64,000 bases of DNA from NCBI GenBank assembly GCA_030830785.1, contig JAURMI010000007.1, positions 49,383-113,382 of the forward strand, in the 5' to 3' direction. Below the pieces are notes generated by a model. The model searched no databases and had not been told where the DNA came from. It saw only the letters and a program-made list of their open reading frames with translations. Position numbers and translations under genes: made by a program. Shown in pieces: positions 41,094-49,547 of the stretch; position 1 is the stretch's first letter, and each line of letters starts with the position of its first letter. The stretch is from Crocinitomicaceae bacterium (lineage in GTDB: Bacteria; Bacteroidota; Bacteroidia; Flavobacteriales_D; Crocinitomicaceae).

Positions 41094-41849
41094 ATGAAGT
41101 GGCAACTTTTCTGGCTCTTTTGTCTAGTTCTCAACCTTAGGGTTGCGTCGCAGGTATCTGGTGTTGAATCATTATCAATTCCAGTTGTAGGCGTACATTA
41201 TGGCGGCGCATTTAGCGGTGGCGATTTAGCAGCACGTTATGGGTATTTCAATAGGGTTGGCTTAACGGCTGGTTATAAATTCAAAAATAATTGGAGTCTT
41301 GGTTTGGAATCTGACTTTTGGTTCTCAGATAATGTGAAATTAACGGGATTATTTGATCATTTGGTTGATGATGCAGGCAATATAACCAACGACTTAGGAT
41401 TACCTGCCTCAGTGTTGGTTTATCCACGTGGCGTTCATTGCAATGTATATTTTGGTCGCTTATTTGCTTTAAATCAAAATAATCGAAACAGTGGGATCAA
41501 TGTTCAATTAAGTGCCGGATTTTTATTGCATCATTTGAGAATAGAAACAAATGATAACGTTGTGCCTCAACTCGAGCTCGATTATAAAAAAGGATATGAT
41601 CGTTTATCGAGTGGATTAAATCTACAGCAATTTATTGGTTATTCATTCTTGAATAATCGCGGTGCTGTAAGTTTCTACAGTGGAGTATATTTTCAGCAGG
41701 GTTTAACCTACAACCGTCGCACACTTAATTATGATCAACCAAATGTTCCAGTCTCTACACAAAGACGTTTGGACCTCCAAACTGGTTTTCGAATTGGTTG
41801 GTATATCCCATTTTACTCTGCGCAACCCCGTGAATATTACTATAATTGA
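41094..41849 (+). CDS. hypothetical outer-membrane beta-barrel-like protein, start-overlapped with waaA
   Basis: 251 aa. Signal peptide, alternating hydrophobic/aromatic beta-strand pattern (GLTAGYKF, WSLGLESDFWF, QTGFRIGWYIPF). 4-nt overlap with waaA. Confidence 0.45.
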   Translation: MKWQLFWLFCLVLNLRVASQVSGVESLSIPVVGVHYGGAFSGGDLAARYGYFNRVGLTAGYKFKNNWSLGLESDFWFSDNVKLTGLFDHLVDDAGNITNDLGLPASVLVYPRGVHCNVYFGRLFALNQNNRNSGINVQLSAGFLLHHLRIETNDNVVPQLELDYKKGYDRLSSGLNLQQFIGYSFLNNRGAVSFYSGVYFQQGLTYNRRTLNYDQPNVPVSTQRRLDLQTGFRIGWYIPFYSAQPREYYYN

Positions 41850-43066
41850 TGCAGCTGCTCTATATTAGTTTTTTATTTTTCTATCAATTTCTTTTGAATA
41901 TTGCGCGCATATGGAATCCCAAAGCAAGGAAAATTATTAGCGGCCGAAAAGATAGTTTTAAGCGCCTTTCGAATCAAAAGAAATCAACGAGAAATAGATA
42001 TTGGTTTCATTGCGCATCTTTAGGCGAATATGATATGGCATTGCCTCTAATGGAGGCTTGTGTAAAAGCCGATCCCCAGTTAGAAGTTTATGTTAGTTTT
42101 TACTCTCCATCTGGAATGGAACATTATCATAAAAGAGGCTTTCGGCCTACCAAGGTTTTTTATATGCCTGCGGATTTTCCTTGGAAAATAAAAAAGCTTT
42201 TAATGGCAGTTGGTGCAACACGTCTGTATTTACTCAAATATGAATTTTGGCCCAATTTATTAAAGGAAGCAAAGAATCAGGGAGTTGAAATCTTATCAAT
42301 GTCTACCTTGCTGCGGCCAAGTCAAATTTATTTTAAATGGTATGGGGGCTTTTTTAAAAAGGCACTTAAGAATGTAAATTACTTTGCAGTACAAAATTCC
42401 ACAACGCAAAGCTTACTTTTAAGTGCTGGTGTGGATTCTCAAAGGATCAAGATAATTGGCGATATCAGATATAATCGTGTAGTAAGTAATAAAGTGAATG
42501 CAAAAGCCAATAGAATTATAGAACAATTTGCCCATGGACATTTGCTTTTGATTTTGGGGAGTAGTTGGCCAATAGAGGAAAAGTTGAGTGCCAAAATCCT
42601 GAAAGAAAAGAATTTAAAAATTTTAATCGCCCCACACGATCTTTCAAATTCCCACTTGATTGAGTTGAAATTGATTTTCCCCGAAGCACAATTTTATTCA
42701 CAAACAAATTCAGCAGAACTTTCAAATTCTAAGGTTCTAATTTTAGATACAATTGGTCATCTTAGCGACGCCTATCAATATGGCAATATTGCATTTGTTG
42801 GGGGTGGATTTAGTGGAAAATTACACAATATCTTAGAGCCTGCTGCCTTTGGCTTGCCCTTGCTTTTTGGCCCACAGCACCAAAAATTTCCTGAGGCACA
42901 GCAGTTTATTGATTTTGGTTATGCTCTAGAAATTCATTCTCAAAAAGAACTCAATGCCGCACTAGAATCTTTTTTAAGTAAGGGTGAGGATCTTAAAATA
43001 CGCATTCAAAGAAAAGTTTGCGACTTACAAGTGGAAATCCCGAGTCATTTTATTAGTCCTAATTGA
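41846..43066 (+). CDS. waaA: 3-deoxy-D-manno-octulosonic acid (Kdo) transferase
   Basis: 406 aa. WFHCASLGE motif and GT30-like C-terminal half (FVGGGF...HNILEPAAFG). Confidence 0.88.
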   Translation: MMQLLYISFLFFYQFLLNIARIWNPKARKIISGRKDSFKRLSNQKKSTRNRYWFHCASLGEYDMALPLMEACVKADPQLEVYVSFYSPSGMEHYHKRGFRPTKVFYMPADFPWKIKKLLMAVGATRLYLLKYEFWPNLLKEAKNQGVEILSMSTLLRPSQIYFKWYGGFFKKALKNVNYFAVQNSTTQSLLLSAGVDSQRIKIIGDIRYNRVVSNKVNAKANRIIEQFAHGHLLLILGSSWPIEEKLSAKILKEKNLKILIAPHDLSNSHLIELKLIFPEAQFYSQTNSAELSNSKVLILDTIGHLSDAYQYGNIAFVGGGFSGKLHNILEPAAFGLPLLFGPQHQKFPEAQQFIDFGYALEIHSQKELNAALESFLSKGEDLKIRIQRKVCDLQVEIPSHFISPN

Positions 43067-43067
43067 T

Positions 43068-44969
43068 TTAGTAGGCCCTTACGTTTCGTTTTTCCATCCA
43101 ATTGATAAAGGCCTGATTTACCACTTTATTCCCACCAGGAGTTGGGTAATTTCCGGTAAAATACCAATCTCCCGTATGGTTAGGACAAGCAAGATGAAGA
43201 TTTTCAATACTTTGATAAATGATTTGAACCTCTGCTTTCATACCAACTGGTGTTAACATTTGGGCAATTTTATCAGATAATTCTTTCGCTGAAAATAGTG
43301 CATAAATGCCTTTAACTACATTTTTAACTTGTTCTTTAGGGAGCTCAACTTGCTCCAAAGCCAATCTATAAACCTCATCTATTAATTTGTCTTTTCCTTT
43401 TTCTTTAAGGAGCGCAATAGCCGCTTCAAATGCAATAAAATCGCCCATCTTGGCCATGTCAATTCCATAGCAATCTGGATAACGAATTTGTGGTGCTGAA
43501 GAAACAATTACAATTTTTTTTGGGCCCAAACGATCTAAAATACGCAAGATACTCTGCCGAAGAGTGGTACCTCTTACAATACTGTCATCGATTACTATTA
43601 AATTATCTAATCCGGGGCGAACTGCAGCATAGGTAATATCATAAACGTGAGCTACAAGGTCGTTGCGTGAATCATCTTGGGTAATAAATGTGCGTAGTTT
43701 AGCATCTTTGACTGCAATTTTTTCGATGCGCGCTCGCCGACTTATTATCTTGGAAATTTCAGACTCCTTTGCCGTAGTTCCTAAAGCTTTAATTTGCTTT
43801 ATCTTTTCGAGATTAAGGGCGTCTTCAATACCTTTAATCATGCCATAAAATGAAACTTCTGCAGTATTTGGAATAAAGGAAAATACGCTATTATCGTAGT
43901 CATGATCAATACTATTGAGTACTTCATCAACAATGAGCCGACCTAGTTCTTTACGTTCTTTATAAATATCTGCATCTGACCCTCTTGAAAAATAAATGCG
44001 TTCAAACGAACACTGCGTTAATTGTTTCGGTTCATTGATTTGAATTTCCTTTACAAGTCCTTTTTTCTCCAGGATAAGTGCATGGCCAGGTTTAAGTTCC
44101 TGAATTTGATCAACTTTTAAATTAAAGGTGGTTTGTATTACCGGTCGTTCAGATGCTACAACACATATTTCGTCATCTTCATACCAAAATGCTGGCCTGA
44201 TCCCGTTAGGATCTCTTAAAACAAATGCGCTCCCGTGCCCCAAAAGACCGGCCATTGTGTAGCCTCCATCCCAGCGTTCAGATGCTTTTTTAAGAATTCT
44301 TTCTAAATTAAGCTCTTCTTGAATGCGCTTGTAGATTTCAGTTTTTTCATATCCAAGGGCATTGTAATAATCGAATAATTCTTGATTTTCGACATCAAGA
44401 AAATGTCCGATTTTTTCCATTACCGTAACGGTATCTGACTTTTCTTTTGGATGTTGTCCGATTTCAACCAACACATTAAAAAGTTCATCGACATTGGTTA
44501 AATTAAAATTCCCTGCCACAACCAAATTTCGCGTCATCCAATTTGACTGTCTTAAAAATGGATGACAACTTTCAATTGAATTTCTACCGAAGGTTCCATA
44601 ACGCAGATGTCCTAAAAAAACTTCTCCAGTAAATCCCACATTTTTCTTTAGGTAGTTAGCATCATTTAACAATGCTGGATCTTCATCATATATTGCCTTG
44701 AATTTCGCATTGATTTGTTCGAAAATAACTTGTGTTGGATTTTTTTGTACTGAGCGCGTGCGAGAAATATAGCGTTCACCGGGTTGCATATTGAGCTTGA
44801 CGTTAGCAATTCCCGCACCATCCTGCCCGCGGTTGTGTTGTTTTTCCATCAATAAGTGCATCTTATTGAGACCCCAAAGGGTAGATCCGTATTTATCGAG
44901 GTAGTATTCGAGTGGTTGCTTGAGTCTTAAAAGGGCGATGCCGCACTCATGTTTGATCGGATCACTCAT
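43068..44969 (-). CDS. purF: amidophosphoribosyltransferase (long Bacteroidota form)
   Basis: 633 aa. N-terminal nucleophile MSDPIKHECGIA, PRTase loop VIDDSIVRGTT. Confidence 0.9.
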   Translation of the reverse strand: MSDPIKHECGIALLRLKQPLEYYLDKYGSTLWGLNKMHLLMEKQHNRGQDGAGIANVKLNMQPGERYISRTRSVQKNPTQVIFEQINAKFKAIYDEDPALLNDANYLKKNVGFTGEVFLGHLRYGTFGRNSIESCHPFLRQSNWMTRNLVVAGNFNLTNVDELFNVLVEIGQHPKEKSDTVTVMEKIGHFLDVENQELFDYYNALGYEKTEIYKRIQEELNLERILKKASERWDGGYTMAGLLGHGSAFVLRDPNGIRPAFWYEDDEICVVASERPVIQTTFNLKVDQIQELKPGHALILEKKGLVKEIQINEPKQLTQCSFERIYFSRGSDADIYKERKELGRLIVDEVLNSIDHDYDNSVFSFIPNTAEVSFYGMIKGIEDALNLEKIKQIKALGTTAKESEISKIISRRARIEKIAVKDAKLRTFITQDDSRNDLVAHVYDITYAAVRPGLDNLIVIDDSIVRGTTLRQSILRILDRLGPKKIVIVSSAPQIRYPDCYGIDMAKMGDFIAFEAAIALLKEKGKDKLIDEVYRLALEQVELPKEQVKNVVKGIYALFSAKELSDKIAQMLTPVGMKAEVQIIYQSIENLHLACPNHTGDWYFTGNYPTPGGNKVVNQAFINWMEKRNVRAY

Positions 44970-44986
44970 GGAATAGAATTTGCAAG

Positions 44987-44994
44987 CAAAGTTA
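44987..44994 (-). promoter_or_regulatory. candidate -7 promoter box (TAACTTTG on minus strand) upstream of purF
   Basis: Matches TAnnTTTG, 18 nt upstream of ATG 44969. Confidence 0.3.
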
Positions 44995-45018
44995 ATTTTT
45001 TATTCGTAATTTTAAGTT

Positions 45019-47247
45019 GTGGGTTTTAGTATAAAAGACATTTTGAGGTTGAACTTGGGATTTAGCAAAACAATCTACAAATTATTTAGTGCCTTATTCT
45101 TTTTTTCCAATTTAGCACAGGGCCAAATTCGCGGCATTGTATTGGGTGCCGATTCATTACAAACAAAACCGCTAAATAATGTGAAAATTTCTTTAATAGG
45201 TGCTGGCACAACGGTTTTTTCCAATATGGATGGCACATTTGAAATTTTGTTGGGGAAGCAAAGCCCCGACACACTTGTTTTTACAGCAAATGGTTTTAGG
45301 ACTGATCGACTAGTAGTTACTCGGGCAGATCGCTTTGCCGCACTACAAGTTATTTTAGTTTCAGGACAATTAGTTAAAGAAATTGTTGTCACCAAAACAA
45401 AGGATGCGCACGGTATTTCCAAATTGAAAACATTGCATGTAGAGGAACTTTCTGGCAACGAATTTCGAAAAGCGGCATGTTGTAATCTTTCTGAAGCATT
45501 TGAAACCAATGCAACAGTTGATGTGCAAATGTCAGATGCCATATCAGGTGCAAAAAAAATACAACTTTTGGGCCTTGATGCGGTTTATACACAACTTCAA
45601 TTTGAAAATATCCCATTTTTAAGAGGTCTTGAAAGTAGCTTTGGCCTTAATGTATTCCCGGGGACTTGGTTGGAATCAATTCAAATTACCAAAGGAACAG
45701 GGTCGGTTGTAAATGGTTTTGAATCAATGGCTGGCGCTATCAATTTTGAATTTAAAAAACCTGATGACTTGCCAGTTCTTGGACTAAACATCTACCAGAA
45801 TCGCTTTGGAAGAACTGAACTTAATCTACACAGCGGTCAAAAAATAGCCAAGGGATGGTACATGGGATTATTTGCTTCAGGCGCTAGTATGTATGGGAAA
45901 CAAGACCATAACATGGATGGTTTTAGAGACCAGGCCTTGAGTAATACTTTCTCAATGATGCAAAGATTTAGTTTTAACGGCCCAAAAATGGAAGCGCAAT
46001 TAGGCCTTCAGGCATATGCAGATGATAAAATTGCTGGTCAAATGAGCTTTAGCAAGCAAACTCCAAATGGATATGGGATGGCGTTGCAAAATAAACATGT
46101 TTCCATTTTTTCGAAAACAGGTTTTTTCGGTAAACAGCAGGGTCAAAGCTTGGGTTTAATTGCCAATATGAAATATCAGGATTTGAATGGGTTTTATGGC
46201 AATCGTATGTATCGTGGAACAGAAAGTCGATTTTATTTTAATTCCATATATGATGATAAATTAGGTTCTGCTAGCCACCACATAAAGTTTGGCACAAGCT
46301 TTCTAGCATTACATATTGAACAGTGGGCAAGCCAACCACAAGGCGATGAAACACTTGGTTTTTCAAGATTAGAGTTGGTACCTGGATTATTTACAGAGTA
46401 CACATATTCTGGCAATCGACTATCAGCTGTATTGGGTTCGCGCATTGATCGACATAATTTAGCAGGCACCCAATTGTCTCCTCGAATTCATTTAAAATAT
46501 GCGCTTGCACCGCAACTCGATTTCAGACTCACTGTGGGTCGTGCATGGCGTATGCCTAATTTTATTGCAGATAACTTGTCCTTGTTAGCGAGTGCTAAAA
46601 ATTGGATTGCCAATCAAGAATTAAAGCCAGAGATTTCCTGGAATACTGGCGTTTCTGTAGTGCAAGGTTTTCGATTTAACAAACGAAAGGGGAGTCTATG
46701 TTTAGATGCTTACCATACCCGTTTCAAGCAACAATTGGTAGTCGATCGTGATTCACTAAGCGGCTCGGTTATATTTAAAAATTTATCAGATTATTCAATT
46801 GCCACGGTATTTCAAGCTGAATTAGCCATAGAATTATTGCGAGGTCTTGATATCAGAATTGCATATAAATACCAGGAAGTTATGGCGCTTTACAACGGGA
46901 AATGGAAAATGCAGGTATTATTGCCTAAAGAAAGATTATTTTCAAATTTGGCATATCAGACACGAAACAAGCGTTGGAATTACGATTTAACATATTCCTA
47001 TTTTAGTGCTGTAAGACTACCGCAGCAGGGAAGTGGCATGCCATGGGGCTTACTCAATATGCAAATTTCCCGGAATTGGAAGAAACTAGAGTGTTATATT
47101 GGCGGGGAGAACCTCTTGAATTTCACGCAGGAGCAGCCCATAGTTGATGCCTCAAATCCTTTTGGTACTGATTTTGATGCTACACAAATTTGGGCCCCAA
47201 TTATGGGTTGGAATGCTTATTTTGGATTGAGATACAATTTGAAGTAG
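45019..47247 (+). CDS. TonB-dependent receptor with N-terminal carboxypeptidase-regulatory-like domain
   Basis: 742 aa. GTG start in the track, signal sequence, CarbopepD_reg-like IRGIVLG...VKISL, plug (ACCNLSEAFETNATVDVQ), C-terminal barrel ending FGLRYNLK. Confidence 0.85.
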   Translation: MGFSIKDILRLNLGFSKTIYKLFSALFFFSNLAQGQIRGIVLGADSLQTKPLNNVKISLIGAGTTVFSNMDGTFEILLGKQSPDTLVFTANGFRTDRLVVTRADRFAALQVILVSGQLVKEIVVTKTKDAHGISKLKTLHVEELSGNEFRKAACCNLSEAFETNATVDVQMSDAISGAKKIQLLGLDAVYTQLQFENIPFLRGLESSFGLNVFPGTWLESIQITKGTGSVVNGFESMAGAINFEFKKPDDLPVLGLNIYQNRFGRTELNLHSGQKIAKGWYMGLFASGASMYGKQDHNMDGFRDQALSNTFSMMQRFSFNGPKMEAQLGLQAYADDKIAGQMSFSKQTPNGYGMALQNKHVSIFSKTGFFGKQQGQSLGLIANMKYQDLNGFYGNRMYRGTESRFYFNSIYDDKLGSASHHIKFGTSFLALHIEQWASQPQGDETLGFSRLELVPGLFTEYTYSGNRLSAVLGSRIDRHNLAGTQLSPRIHLKYALAPQLDFRLTVGRAWRMPNFIADNLSLLASAKNWIANQELKPEISWNTGVSVVQGFRFNKRKGSLCLDAYHTRFKQQLVVDRDSLSGSVIFKNLSDYSIATVFQAELAIELLRGLDIRIAYKYQEVMALYNGKWKMQVLLPKERLFSNLAYQTRNKRWNYDLTYSYFSAVRLPQQGSGMPWGLLNMQISRNWKKLECYIGGENLLNFTQEQPIVDASNPFGTDFDATQIWAPIMGWNAYFGLRYNLK

Positions 47248-47304
47248 CTACAAATTATTATTTTTAAAAAAGCAAACGAACCAAAATCAATAAATCTACA
47301 TGAA

Positions 47305-47631
47305 ATGAAAAATATACTTCTTATTTTTTTCCTTGTTGTTTCCAATTCATTTATTGCACAGAAAACAGCAGGTATTGCAATTCAAACCAATGCCCAATGT
47401 GGAGATTGCAAAGAGCGTATCGAATCGGAACTTAACCAAACAAAAGGAGTCATTTATGCAGAGCTCAATTTGGAGACAAAAGTAGTTGAGATAAAATTCC
47501 GACCGAGTAAAATAGACCCCGTTGCACTATTTAAAGTTATTACTTCTTTAGGATACAATGCAGACGAACAAATGGCAGATCCTTCGGCCCAAAAAGCCCT
47601 CCCGCTATGCTGCCAGCCTGGTGGGCATTAA
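47305..47631 (+). CDS. secreted heavy-metal-associated (HMA) domain protein
   Basis: 108 aa. Signal peptide, CGDCKERIE (CxxC) in a ferredoxin-like HMA fold, extra C-terminal LCCQPGGH. Confidence 0.75.
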   Translation: MKNILLIFFLVVSNSFIAQKTAGIAIQTNAQCGDCKERIESELNQTKGVIYAELNLETKVVEIKFRPSKIDPVALFKVITSLGYNADEQMADPSAQKALPLCCQPGGH

Positions 47632-47632
47632 C

Positions 47633-48526
47633 TTAAGGTTCTAATTTATAGGATAGCCCAATACCAATTACTGACTTAAATTGTGTTCGTGGTCCTATAT
47701 TTCCGTTAGTATCTTTAATCTTAATATCATCGTCATAAAGTAGGTTCCATTGTGCAGAAGCCGAAACCAAAGAGTTGACCCTGAATAATAAGATGAGTTC
47801 TGCGTTTATATCGATGTTTTGCGGTTTATTCAAATAATTACTGAATAATTCCAATTTTGATTTCATTTCAATGTTTTTTGCCAAAGTTGTGTTGTATTTT
47901 ACCTTCAAATATGCGCCGTACTCTTGCCTAAATCGGGTTCCTGGATTCACCCCAAAAGAACCTTTGGCACTTAATGAATCGTCAAAAACAAAAGTTGATT
48001 TCAAGGCTACTGAAGAAAAGAATACATTAAAACTGTCCGACTTTCTAAAGTCTGCACCTATGGCAAGATTCAGATATCCAGGAGCCATAAAGCTAGATAC
48101 AGGGATGGAATCATTTGGATAGGCATAGCCGTTTATACTTTGAGTTCTAAATGATGTAGCGACTGTCAAGAAAAAGCCTTTTGATAGTTGCATTCCAAAG
48201 GAGCTAGAAAGCTCCAATCGATCGTCGGTTTTTTGAGCTGCAATACCCTTGTTATCAAAATATTTAATCCCACCTAGAGCGAAATTAACATCATTTGCCC
48301 ATTTGATATTTTCTTTTGTATAATAAGCAGAGGCATTCAGTGAACCAATCAGTGAAATATTATTTCGTCCACCTGCATTCCAATTAACAAATGAAGTTTG
48401 TGTACCACTTAATGAATACAAAGATTTAAATTTCCAATGAGCGGTGCTGTCTTGCCCCAAAACTAAGAGATGGGAAAAGAATATAAACATTAGACCAAAA
48501 AAAGTGTTTTTTTGTAACGTCGACAT
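47633..48526 (-). CDS. DUF3078 domain-containing outer-membrane protein
   Basis: 297 aa. Signal peptide and SFVNWNAGGRNNISL motif typical of DUF3078. Beta-barrel-like. Confidence 0.7.
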   Translation of the reverse strand: MSTLQKNTFFGLMFIFFSHLLVLGQDSTAHWKFKSLYSLSGTQTSFVNWNAGGRNNISLIGSLNASAYYTKENIKWANDVNFALGGIKYFDNKGIAAQKTDDRLELSSSFGMQLSKGFFLTVATSFRTQSINGYAYPNDSIPVSSFMAPGYLNLAIGADFRKSDSFNVFFSSVALKSTFVFDDSLSAKGSFGVNPGTRFRQEYGAYLKVKYNTTLAKNIEMKSKLELFSNYLNKPQNIDINAELILLFRVNSLVSASAQWNLLYDDDIKIKDTNGNIGPRTQFKSVIGIGLSYKLEP

Positions 48527-48542
48527 TTAGTTTACAAAAATA

Positions 48543-49520
48543 ATGCGTTTTCTTAGCTTTAAGTATCTGTATTTAAATCTATTTATTGTTCCTTTTGGAG
48601 GATTTGGTCAAAGCCCGATAGATTATAGCAACAACCTTAACTGGGCAGCCCTACCAAATCAGATGCCCGAAATGCTGGCAATTCACTGCATCGATACCTT
48701 GTTGTGGTCAAAGGCAGACGTTTTTTATGTATATCCAACCCTCAACACAAAAAATAGCGATAAGCGTTGGAATGTGCCTATAGATGACATAGAGCAGCGC
48801 AACAAAGTCCAAGAAATAGCCTTGCCTTATCAAGCGAGTGCTTTTGTGGAAGCAGGCCGGTTTTATTGCCCATATTACCAATCTGCTCATATTCGGGCTT
48901 ACGATGGCGATGATCTACGAGGCGAAGAGGCACTGGGTTTGGCATACCAAGATGTGCGCGCTGCATTTTTATATTATCTCGAACATTACAATCAAGGGCG
49001 TCCAATTATTATTGCGTCACACAGTCAAGGCAGCACCCATTGCGGGAGGTTATTACAAGAGTTTTTTGACGGTAAAACACTACAAAATCAACTCATCGCC
49101 GCTTATCTGCCCGGAATTGGAATTCTTGCTTCGGATTTGAAAGAAATTCCACTTTTGACCTATCCAGAACAAACAGGGGGGTACCTCACTTGGAATACAT
49201 TTAAAAAACATATTGATCAGAATACTTATGTTAAATGGTATAAAGGAAGAGAAGTAATTAATCCGGTTACTTGGAATACTGAAACTTATGCTGAAAAAAA
49301 AAGACATAAAGGCTTGTTATATTACGACAATCGAATTTATTCTCAACTTTTTGCAACACATATGATTGATGGTGCTATTTGGATTGAAAGGCCTAAAGGA
49401 AAGTTTTTTTTAATGAGTTTATGGATGCGAAATTACCATATTGGAGATATCAATCTTTTTTGGCAGGATATTCATGATAATGTCAAATTGAGGACTGAAC
49501 TTTTCCATGAAAATAAGTAA
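48543..49520 (+). CDS. DUF3089 domain-containing protein (alpha/beta-hydrolase-like)
   Basis: 325 aa. Signal-like N-terminus, nucleophile-elbow-like IIASHSQGS. Confidence 0.65.
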   Translation: MRFLSFKYLYLNLFIVPFGGFGQSPIDYSNNLNWAALPNQMPEMLAIHCIDTLLWSKADVFYVYPTLNTKNSDKRWNVPIDDIEQRNKVQEIALPYQASAFVEAGRFYCPYYQSAHIRAYDGDDLRGEEALGLAYQDVRAAFLYYLEHYNQGRPIIIASHSQGSTHCGRLLQEFFDGKTLQNQLIAAYLPGIGILASDLKEIPLLTYPEQTGGYLTWNTFKKHIDQNTYVKWYKGREVINPVTWNTETYAEKKRHKGLLYYDNRIYSQLFATHMIDGAIWIERPKGKFFLMSLWMRNYHIGDINLFWQDIHDNVKLRTELFHENK

Positions 49521-49525
49521 TTTTG
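49518..49525 (+). promoter_or_regulatory. candidate -7 promoter box (TAATTTTG) upstream of gcvP
   Basis: Matches TAnnTTTG, 22 nt upstream of ATG 49548. Overlaps the stop codon of the preceding gene. Confidence 0.3.
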
Positions 49526-49547
49526 TAGACCCAAAATTTTTTAATAA

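Noticed and set aside
43519-43530. Perfect 12-bp palindrome TTTGGGCCCAAA preceded by a T-run
   Set aside because: It is inside purF (encoding LGPKK on the minus strand), has no loop, and shows no terminator geometry. Most likely coincidental.
45075-45542. 155-aa minus-strand ORF (plus nested ORFs at 45086-45274 and 45389-45616) antisense to the TonB-dependent receptor N-terminus
   Set aside because: It is embedded in a conserved signal peptide/CarbopepD_reg/plug coding region, carries no recognisable motif, and is typical of spurious antisense frames.
49296-49304. A9/T9 homopolymer tracts in coding regions (49296-49304 in DUF3089; also about 56886-56894 in the EamA gene and about 61467-61475 in coaE) as possible phase-variation switches
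   Set aside because: These tracts encode Lys-Lys-Lys (or Phe) runs, which are expected in an AT-rich genome. Their lengths are below those typical of slipped-strand contingency loci, and all reading frames are intact.
49521-49547. Possible glycine riboswitch upstream of gcvP
   Set aside because: Only 27 nt separate gcvP from the previous gene. That is far too short for a glycine riboswitch aptamer, and no aptamer-like sequence is present.
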